Origin: Candidatus Woesearchaeota archaeon | GTDB lineage: Archaea; Nanobdellota; Nanobdellia; Woesearchaeales; UBA10216 | NCBI GenBank assembly: GCA_016188205.1 | Contig: JACPIG010000061.1 | Location: forward strand, 1 to 32,845 | Direction: 5' to 3' | Length of the DNA stretch: 32,845 bases | Shown: positions 15,819-22,811 of the stretch, piece by piece | How the letters are laid out: each line of letters starts with the position of its first letter | Numbering within the stretch: position 1 is the stretch's first letter | Made by a program: the position numbers and the translations under genes | The notes under the pieces: model-generated | Told to the model about the DNA's origin: nothing | The model's database searches: none | What the model saw: only the letters and a program-made list of their open reading frames with translations

Positions 15819-16661
15819 TTATGATAGCCTACTGTCCGTAATTGTGCGCAGCAAAATTTCCTTAAAGCCGGGGTTTACATCAGTTATTATTGACACATTT
15901 CCATACACTGCTTTTTCAGTTATTGCGCTGTCTGCGAAGTGATGCACAACAAGCGGGTCATAAAGGTATGCGCAGTCCTGCTCAGCTTTTCCCATCCAGG
16001 ACTGAGCAGCAGCATGAATGTAAGCAGAAGCTGAGGCTGGAACTCCTCCTGATTTTATCAGCCCAAAATCCTCTCTTGTCAGGGAGCTTTTCTTGCATAC
16101 TTCTGTCGTGACAATGGTTATGGGCGCTGGCGATGCAAAGACAATGTCAACAGCCTCAGGGTCAACCTTGAAGTTGTGCGCCCTGTAGTTGATGTAAAAC
16201 GCGCCAGGCGTTATAATAGCGTTGCCCATGGCGTATATGTGGCTGACAAGGGCAGGGAGGTCAGGGTACTTTTGGAAAGCCCTTGCAATGTTAGTCATCG
16301 GGCCTATTGACGCGATGCCTACATTATTCCTGCTCGCGTATATTGCTTCAGCGATTGCCTCAACACCATCCAGCCTTATGTCAAGGCTTTCAGCAGCATC
16401 CACAAAATCCGCGCCTTCATCCCCTTCCCAGTAAAGGTGCTTCTGCTTCAACGGCTTTGACTCGCCTGCAGCAACAGGAATATCTGCGCCCAGAAGCATA
16501 ACCAGCTTTTTCGCTATGCGCGCCCTGACGTAAGCGTCTCCGTGAACTGTTGTCACCAGCTTAATGTTCATCCCCAGTTTTACCGCGTACATTAATGCTA
16601 TCGCGTCATCAACATCAGTCCCTATGTCCGTATCTATGATTATGGCTTCGTCAATGCTCAT
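15819..16661 (-). CDS. Inosine/uridine-preferring-type nucleoside hydrolase (IUNH family)
   Basis: The N-terminal fingerprint is IIIDTDIGTDVDDAIALMYA (DxDxxxDD). The gene overlaps the upstream gene by 4 nt (16658-16661). Confidence 0.88.
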   Translation of the reverse strand: MSIDEAIIIDTDIGTDVDDAIALMYAVKLGMNIKLVTTVHGDAYVRARIAKKLVMLLGADIPVAAGESKPLKQKHLYWEGDEGADFVDAAESLDIRLDGVEAIAEAIYASRNNVGIASIGPMTNIARAFQKYPDLPALVSHIYAMGNAIITPGAFYINYRAHNFKVDPEAVDIVFASPAPITIVTTEVCKKSSLTREDFGLIKSGGVPASASAYIHAAAQSWMGKAEQDCAYLYDPLVVHHFADSAITEKAVYGNVSIITDVNPGFKEILLRTITDSRLS

Positions 16662-17578
16662 TTTCCATACCTCTCAGCCACAGCAGCAAAAAGGTTAAGC
16701 GCGCTGATAACTGAATCGCGCATCATGCATATGTCGTCGCCAAGCATAAAAGCCCTGTAGCCCATCCTGAGAAGATTATCAACATCGCCTATGTCCTGGC
16801 ATGACGGCTCAAGGCTTTCCGCGAGCGAAGGGAAAATCCTTGACGCAACAATGGCATTTTGCTCCTTTGCAACTATGAGCTCGCAGGCAGCAATAACATG
16901 ATGAGGCATCTTCAGCTCAGTGTAAAGGTCGCCCCTCGCAGCCATAAGCCTTGTTTTGCCTTCCGGCTTCCATAGAGTCTTGACATAATCCATTCCCTTC
17001 ACAGACTCAATCTTCTCAACAACATTGGCAGCAGAGTCAAGAGCCCTCAAGTCAGAAATGTCCTCTGGCTTCTCAACAAATGAAAGCATGTAATTATGCG
17101 CGCCAACCTTTACAGCAGCTTCAACATACCTTTTGTCAGTGTCAGTCATGTATCCCTCTATTGACAATGAAGGGTGCGGGATGTTTATTGACTCTCCCTC
17201 ACCGACAACCCTTTTCGGCCCGTCCTGCATTATGAGCCTGCTGCCGTCTGCAGCAAGAATCACAGCACTTTCCTGCCCGTCGTGGAAGTAAGCCCTCACA
17301 TTCGGCTCAACAGTTATCCTGTGGCTTATCCCGATTTCCGTAAATGGGGGGACAGCATACCCGACAACCCTTATCTGCCTGCATTTGAGGTCTATCCACA
17401 ACTCCTTTCCAAAAGTTCCAGCCTCGTGAAAAAGCCTTTTAAGCACGTCCTCAAGCGAGTCAGAGCCCTTAACAGGCATGACTGTGTTAAGCCTTATGCC
17501 TGAAACAACCTGATGGCTTAGCACGTCCCTCAGGTAAGGCGCGTACGGAGGCATTGTGACTATTGCGGTTGCTTCCAT
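16658..17578 (-). CDS. Pyruvate-kinase-like barrel protein (A and B domains only, no C-terminal regulatory domain)
   Basis: SGIRLNTVMP compares with ARLNFSHG, and WIDLKCRQIRV with DTKGPEIR. GESINIP compares with KGVNLP, MLSFVEKPEDI with ALSFVRxAxDV, and VVEKIES with IISKIEN. LMAARGDLYTEL compares with IMVARGDLGVEI. At 306 aa it is shorter than a canonical PK by about the size of the C-terminal domain (estimate from memory). Confidence 0.6.
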   Translation of the reverse strand: MEATAIVTMPPYAPYLRDVLSHQVVSGIRLNTVMPVKGSDSLEDVLKRLFHEAGTFGKELWIDLKCRQIRVVGYAVPPFTEIGISHRITVEPNVRAYFHDGQESAVILAADGSRLIMQDGPKRVVGEGESINIPHPSLSIEGYMTDTDKRYVEAAVKVGAHNYMLSFVEKPEDISDLRALDSAANVVEKIESVKGMDYVKTLWKPEGKTRLMAARGDLYTELKMPHHVIAACELIVAKEQNAIVASRIFPSLAESLEPSCQDIGDVDNLLRMGYRAFMLGDDICMMRDSVISALNLFAAVAERYGK

Positions 17579-17581
17579 TGC

Positions 17582-18652
17582 TCACCTTCCTGCCTTCAGC
17601 TCATAAATCCTGTCAGCTGCAGACACAAGCCTTTCCAAGCCGCTTACCTGCCTTATCCATGATTCAGGAAAGACCATTCCGTTTTTCGCCCCAGCCAGAG
17701 CGCCGTAAATCGCGCCAGTGGTATCTGTGTCGCCGCCGAAATTAACAACCTCAACCAGCCCCTCTACTGGATTGTCCCAGTACTTCTGCAGCATGAACAA
17801 AGCAAAAGGGTAAGAGCTGAATACGAGGCTGCTGCTGCCCAAATTCCTGTGCGCATCAGCAGCTTCTGCATCCATGCTGGCGGCAACCCATTCAACCCTT
17901 TCCGAGAGGCTGCCCGAGCCTGAACGAGCGTTGCTTCTGCCAAGCGGCATTTCGTAACGCCTGCACACACTAGTGAGAGAACTTACAAAATCATTTCTTG
18001 GAATATCCTGAAGCAGCCCGTATATGGCATGAGCCTGAACAACTCCGCTGGCAACAGAGCGCGGATCAAGGTGCGTGATTCTCCCTGTCAATCCCGCATA
18101 CTGCAGCCCCTTTTCGCACTCACCTGTTGCATCCATATACATCCCGACAGGCGACATCTTCATTGCAGGAGCATTTCCAGGAGCGCCTACAACACCTGAT
18201 TTTTCAGGCGGAAATCCTTCCATCAATCTCCTGAAGCCCCTGATTGTCGTATAGCCAAAGCCTCCTGTTGACCTTCCATCCGGAAGAAGCCTCTGCACAT
18301 ACTCTGCCAGCTGCTTTCCAGCAATATGCCCAAGGTCAAGACCTTTACATTCAGCAATTGCCTCAGCCAAAGCCAGAGTCAGAATCGTGTCGTCTGTGTA
18401 ATCTCCAGCTTTCATTCCTGCGTCTGCGGCAAAATACTTCAGCTTTCCGAACTCGTCATGCCTGACAACTTTGCCATTGCCATCCCTCAAAACAAACGGC
18501 TCAACCGGCTCAGTTATCCTTCCCACATGCTTTTCTATCTGCTCCTTCTTCCAGCCCTCAACAGGCTTTCCAAGGATGTCACCTATGGCACAGCCTACAA
18601 GCACAGCCCTGTACCTTTCTCTCATGTCCGGCATATTCGGCATATTCGGCAT
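17582..18652 (-). CDS. ADP-ribosylglycohydrolase (ARH/DraG family)
   Basis: The N-terminal motif is RYRAVLVGCAIGDILGKPVEG, followed by YTDDTILT and the C-terminal metal motif GGDTDTTGAIYGALAGA. First ATG is at 18652, with three more in-frame ATGs in a 9-nt tandem repeat (18625-18652). Confidence 0.9.
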   Translation of the reverse strand: MPNMPNMPDMRERYRAVLVGCAIGDILGKPVEGWKKEQIEKHVGRITEPVEPFVLRDGNGKVVRHDEFGKLKYFAADAGMKAGDYTDDTILTLALAEAIAECKGLDLGHIAGKQLAEYVQRLLPDGRSTGGFGYTTIRGFRRLMEGFPPEKSGVVGAPGNAPAMKMSPVGMYMDATGECEKGLQYAGLTGRITHLDPRSVASGVVQAHAIYGLLQDIPRNDFVSSLTSVCRRYEMPLGRSNARSGSGSLSERVEWVAASMDAEAADAHRNLGSSSLVFSSYPFALFMLQKYWDNPVEGLVEVVNFGGDTDTTGAIYGALAGAKNGMVFPESWIRQVSGLERLVSAADRIYELKAGR

Positions 18653-18843
18653 ATTCAATACCTCTGCATTCCATATGCAAATTTACAGCAGGCTAAACTA
18701 CAGAGGGCTAAGCCAGGATTTCCTCAAGGGGGCTTTCACCTGCCAAGCCCTCCTTGGGTTCCTGAGGCATAAGCTCCTCGTAGCTGCAAATTATTTTCCG
18801 GCTCATCCCACACCTCATTCCTTTCCCTGCACGCTTTCATCCC

Positions 18844-19839
18844 CTATGGCTTGTCCACCATCTCGTCAAGAGGCACAGACACGCCGCCTGAATCAGGCCT
18901 GTCAATAACAGACCTGTTTGAAGCTGCTGACAGGTCAGGGATGAACCTCAGCGAGTCGTAAACCGCTGAGCGCACAGCAGGGTCTGTCTGCCTTGAACCC
19001 ATGCTGTCCTTGAAGTCTCCGTATTGTCCCCAGTGCTTTGCTATTATTCCCATCGCTATGTCAACAACCCTGTCGCTGCCCGGAAGCTCAATTATGCGCT
19101 GCCTTCCAATGGCTGCTGCCCAATAGTCAACAACCTCCCTGTCTATTCCCGGATCATTTCCACTTTCATATGGCTTGTGCAGGAAGAAAACATTGAACCT
19201 CTGCATCAGCCCTTCCCATACAGCCTTTCCTTCAAGCGGCGACTGAAGCCTGTCGCCAATGTAGTGCTCCACCTGCCTTGGTTCAACTTTGCTGTAGAAC
19301 TTTTCATCCCCGCAAACCAGCAGGAAAGGCGACTTGGCGTTTGGCATCTCAACTTTTTTCAAGGCAAAATAGCCGAACAGCTCATAGCTCTCGGAGTACT
19401 GCCCGCCTCCTTTACCTTCAGGGCACAGCGCCTTTATGTGGTCCTCAAGCTCAACGCCCTTGCCAAAATTGTTGACCTGCAGCGGATAATTGTCGCAGTT
19501 TGCATCCCCAATTGCTGCAAACGATATCTCCACGTCAGGCCTGTACTGAGACAGGGTCTGGTAAAGCAATGGCAGCCTGTCAAAAATCTCAGACGGCCAG
19601 TCCTGCATAGAGCCTGTAACGTCTATTGCGAAAACTATCGGGTTTTCACTCGCTGTCGTTATAACCTTTCCGTTTGTGCCAACCAGCTTTGAGTCAGGGC
19701 TTGACCTTTTTGCGTAAGCCCTTCCTCCACGCGCACTCGCGGCAGACGCAAGCTTATCAAGGTAAGGCGCCCTCGCAGAGTCGTACTTGTATGCGTCCGG
19801 CTTTTTCCAGTTTGCAGTTCCTCCTCCCCAGCTGTACAT
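18844..19839 (-). CDS. von Willebrand factor A (vWA) domain protein
   Basis: Start trimmed to the ATG at 19839, which is preceded by GGAGGTAAACAAA. The MIDAS-like motif is IVFAIDVTGSM, followed by alternating beta-alpha pattern (SFAAIGD, FLLVCGDEKF, NVFFLHKP). Confidence 0.72.
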   Translation of the reverse strand: MYSWGGGTANWKKPDAYKYDSARAPYLDKLASAASARGGRAYAKRSSPDSKLVGTNGKVITTASENPIVFAIDVTGSMQDWPSEIFDRLPLLYQTLSQYRPDVEISFAAIGDANCDNYPLQVNNFGKGVELEDHIKALCPEGKGGGQYSESYELFGYFALKKVEMPNAKSPFLLVCGDEKFYSKVEPRQVEHYIGDRLQSPLEGKAVWEGLMQRFNVFFLHKPYESGNDPGIDREVVDYWAAAIGRQRIIELPGSDRVVDIAMGIIAKHWGQYGDFKDSMGSRQTDPAVRSAVYDSLRFIPDLSAASNRSVIDRPDSGGVSVPLDEMVDKP

Positions 19840-19906
19840 TTTGTTTACCTCCAGAGCTATCGCTAGCTCTAAGCATGTTCCTTCATTTTTGTCTCTCATT
19901 GCACGC

Positions 19907-20683
19907 TCAAACAGCGTGCCTTCTTTCAAAGACCTTCTCCCTTATGTCTGAAAGCCTTTGCAAAGGGTTGTCCTTATCCCAGTTAGGCCTATCCACAGGA
20001 TTGTAACGAAGCAGGCTGCTGCAAAACTCCGCAAGCTCATCAGGCACATCTGAAGGAAGCGACTTCTTTGCCACGTCACCGCCAAGAGCTGTAAGCATGA
20101 CCAGCCCTGCGCCGTAAAGGTCAGTTTCCGGAATAGGCGGCTTTCCGTCAAGCACCTCAGGAGCAACATATGCAGGTGTATATCCAACAACTTTTGAGCG
20201 GCTCGTCGGGTTAAGGACTGCAAGCCCCCAGTCAATCAGCTTTATGTCCCTTTTTTTCGGCTCAACAAGCACGTTCTGCGGCTTTATGTCTGAATGTATT
20301 ACACCGTTTGAATGCGCATAATACAATGCGCCAAGCAGGCGCTCAGTAATCCACGAAGCATCCTCAGGATGAATCCTTCCCCTTCCTGACTTAACAATCT
20401 CGTCAAGAGTCCTGCCTTCTATGTAACTTAGCACAATCATCGCGTTCCTGTCGTCAAGCCTTATGTAGTCCCTCACTGCCGGTATGGAGTGGTACTCGTA
20501 AAGCTCCCACATCACCTTCGCCTCTCTCCTTAGAAGCTCAACATCATCAGGTGTTGTGCGGATGTTCTGCTTCAGGCAAGCCAGCTCGTCAAGCATCACA
20601 TGCCTTGCAACATAAATCCTTGCAAAGCCGCCCTCGGCAAGCCTGCTTTCAATCCGATAATTCCCGATTGTTGGCATTTTCAT
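19907..20683 (-). CDS. Hanks-type Ser/Thr protein kinase (stand-alone catalytic domain)
   Basis: The Gly loop is LAEGGFARIY and the catalytic-loop region is ACLKQ ... VIHSDIKPQNVLV (HSD, so non-RD). DWG replaces DFG in KLIDWGLA, followed by YVAPEV and DLYGAGLVM. Confidence 0.9.
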   Translation of the reverse strand: MKMPTIGNYRIESRLAEGGFARIYVARHVMLDELACLKQNIRTTPDDVELLRREAKVMWELYEYHSIPAVRDYIRLDDRNAMIVLSYIEGRTLDEIVKSGRGRIHPEDASWITERLLGALYYAHSNGVIHSDIKPQNVLVEPKKRDIKLIDWGLAVLNPTSRSKVVGYTPAYVAPEVLDGKPPIPETDLYGAGLVMLTALGGDVAKKSLPSDVPDELAEFCSSLLRYNPVDRPNWDKDNPLQRLSDIREKVFERRHAV

Positions 20684-20694
20684 CACTCTTTTCC

Positions 20695-21651
20695 CTACTT
20701 TCCTGCTGTCGCTGCAGTGTAAAGCGCCAGCTCAATATGCGCAGGCTCCAAAAGGGCATACCCATTGGATTCTATTGCTGCAGCCACCCTTTTAGCCCAG
20801 CCCGGCCACTCTGTCTTTTCCATTCCACAAATAACCTGCCCAACAAGTTCCTGTGTATAGCCCCTTGACAAAAAGAAGAGCTCGTCCATCACCATTGATG
20901 CCTTGCCCAGCTCACCCCTTGGGAAGCCGTTGTCATGATTTGAGTCCAGCATCTGCACCAGCCTGCCTGTGGCGTGTTCAAAAGCGCCTGCAGGAATTAA
21001 GCCGGCATATCCAGCATCTCCTGATTCAGGAGGAAGCTGGCACAGACCCCTGTAACCCTCATAAAGCCCGCCTTCAAGAGGCTCCCTGTAAAACGAGCCT
21101 TCAGACCTTTCACCAGCCTCATTGAGCATGTCCTCCCACGTGGGCTGAAGCCGCCTGTCAGTCTGAACTGCTGAAAGCGAGCGCGCCAAATGCGCGGAAA
21201 TACTTGTCCCTGCAATATCCGCCTTCATCTTAGGGCTGTTAATCAAGCCGTATAAAGATTCAAAAAGAGCAGCGTCCTTTCCCAGATAGCCGCAAAACTG
21301 GACAAGGTTCTGCACATAAAGCCTTCTCAGGTAAAGCCCCTCATTGCCTTCACCAAGCACATTCAAGTTGATTTCATGCCCTGTGTCTGGCTCTGTGTCA
21401 GGCAGCGTTTCCAGAAGCCTTATCGCCATCTCCCTGCACTTAACAGTGTACGCTCCTTTATTGTCGTCTGCGCTTTCAATCAGCCTGAGCATCCTTACAA
21501 CCTGCATATATTCGCCCCCACTCGCATACCCGCCTTGGTCATAGCCCTGCCCTATTGCGCGCGCCAGTTCGCCAATGTCGCCTTCGTCCAGTGCCTTGAG
21601 CAGCCTTTCGCTCCCCTCAAATTCGTGCATTGCAATTCTGCCGATGTCCAT
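20695..21651 (-). CDS. Hypothetical protein (about 318 aa) with no recognisable motif; first gene of the vWA/kinase module
   Basis: ATG at 21651 is preceded by GGAGGTG and lies 2 nt after the TGA of the Nudix-NMNAT gene. The stop is 11 nt before the kinase ATG. I see no PP2C, FHA or P-loop signatures. Confidence 0.6.
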   Translation of the reverse strand: MDIGRIAMHEFEGSERLLKALDEGDIGELARAIGQGYDQGGYASGGEYMQVVRMLRLIESADDNKGAYTVKCREMAIRLLETLPDTEPDTGHEINLNVLGEGNEGLYLRRLYVQNLVQFCGYLGKDAALFESLYGLINSPKMKADIAGTSISAHLARSLSAVQTDRRLQPTWEDMLNEAGERSEGSFYREPLEGGLYEGYRGLCQLPPESGDAGYAGLIPAGAFEHATGRLVQMLDSNHDNGFPRGELGKASMVMDELFFLSRGYTQELVGQVICGMEKTEWPGWAKRVAAAIESNGYALLEPAHIELALYTAATAGK

Positions 21652-21653
21652 TT

Positions 21654-22811
21654 TCACACCTCCGCAGGATGAAGCCTCTCGCTTTCAACACATTCAGGGC
21701 TCCTGTAATCCTTTCCTGAAAGCTGCGCGATTGTCTCCAGCCCGAACTCGCGCCTGAACCTGTCAGCAAGCCCATGGCTTTCCATGTAATCAGCAACAGC
21801 AGCAGGCACAAGCGCTTTCCAGTTGCCAGCCTTAGCCATCTCCATCCTCACAGTTGTCGCGTTCAGTTTTATCCATTTCTCAGGCGGGATAAGCTCGTCA
21901 GCAGGATTAATTATCACATATGTGCCCTCAAGCAATTCCTTCACATAGCCGTTCGCAGTCACAAAAGCGTCAAGGGAGCCGTACTGCAAAGCAACCTCCC
22001 CAGCCCACTTCCTTCCATCCCTGAATTCAGGAATGTGCCCGTAATCAGGAATCTCAACAAAGCTGTAGTTTGAGAACCTCGGGGAAAGGTATGCGCCAAT
22101 CATCTCCCTTGTTTCTTCTGCAGTAAAAGGGTTCCTTGCATTGTACTTGTTGCAGCTGCCTATTCCTATAGTGACGTGCTCTGCCTGTTCACACACAGCC
22201 TCAAGCATACCTGCTGCGCCATTATGCAAAGGTTTGAACCTGCCTATGACTCCAACCCTTCCCAGCTTTTTCACATGAGAATCTTCGGCTGAATCTTTGG
22301 CAGCGCCCATTACTCCGGATGCGGAATATCCCTTTTCCAGCAGATACTTTTCCAGAGTTTTTGCATGGTCAAACGCAAGCCCGCCTTTTGCAATGAGCGC
22401 CTGTATTTCTGGAATCGTATAAAGCCTTGCAGAAGCCGCATCATCACCAGCCCATATTTTGCCTGCGCCTTTTGCAATGTATGTCACGCTGATTATGTGC
22501 GCCCTCGGGTCGCGTGCAGGGTCTGAATGGACGCAGAAAGGCATTTCAGGCTCATTTACAATAATCTCAAGCCCGGTTTCCTCTTTCGCCTCCTTCGCAG
22601 CGTTCTCCTCCAATGTAAGCCCTGACTCGGCAAACCCTCCGGGCAGAGCAATCCCATAAGGATAGTTTTTCCTTGTAATAAGGACAATCCCATCATCAGA
22701 GCCGTCTGTGTACTCTATAATGATGTCAGTTGTCAGCAGGGGATTAGTGTCTCTCCTGTGGATGGTGTTCTGTGCCTTTTGTGCCTGTTGTGCCGTCTGT
22801 GTTGTGCTCAT
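21654..22811 (-). CDS. nadM: Bifunctional-type fusion: N-terminal Nudix hydrolase plus C-terminal archaeal-type NMN/NaMN adenylyltransferase
   Basis: The Nudix box is GGFAESGLTLEENAAKEAKEETGLEI. The NMNAT part reads VIGRFKPLHNGAAGMLE...VTIGIGSCNKYNARNPFTAEETREMI...NATTVRMEMAKAGNWKALVP, closely paralleling the M. jannaschii-type NMNAT as I recall it. ATGA overlap with the nadE stop (22808-22811). Confidence 0.85.
   Translation of the reverse strand: MSTTQTAQQAQKAQNTIHRRDTNPLLTTDIIIEYTDGSDDGIVLITRKNYPYGIALPGGFAESGLTLEENAAKEAKEETGLEIIVNEPEMPFCVHSDPARDPRAHIISVTYIAKGAGKIWAGDDAASARLYTIPEIQALIAKGGLAFDHAKTLEKYLLEKGYSASGVMGAAKDSAEDSHVKKLGRVGVIGRFKPLHNGAAGMLEAVCEQAEHVTIGIGSCNKYNARNPFTAEETREMIGAYLSPRFSNYSFVEIPDYGHIPEFRDGRKWAGEVALQYGSLDAFVTANGYVKELLEGTYVIINPADELIPPEKWIKLNATTVRMEMAKAGNWKALVPAAVADYMESHGLADRFRREFGLETIAQLSGKDYRSPECVESERLHPAEV

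Noticed and set aside
18659-18700. Fifth copy of the NrtR-type operator upstream of the ARH operon (gctgtaaatttgc)
   Set aside because: Only the TGTAAA half matches. There is no paired half-site and no correctly spaced TATA box.
18708-18818. 36-aa minus-strand ORF (MRCGMSRKIICSYEELMPQEPKEGLAGESPLEEILA) in the vWA-ARH spacer
   Set aside because: It is short, has only a weak purine-rich stretch upstream and no recognisable features. It cannot be supported without comparative data.
18844-21651. Canonical TerY-P triad
   Set aside because: No PP2C phosphatase motifs are found in any of the three proteins. The third member is unrecognisable, so only a looser vWA-kinase relationship is proposed.
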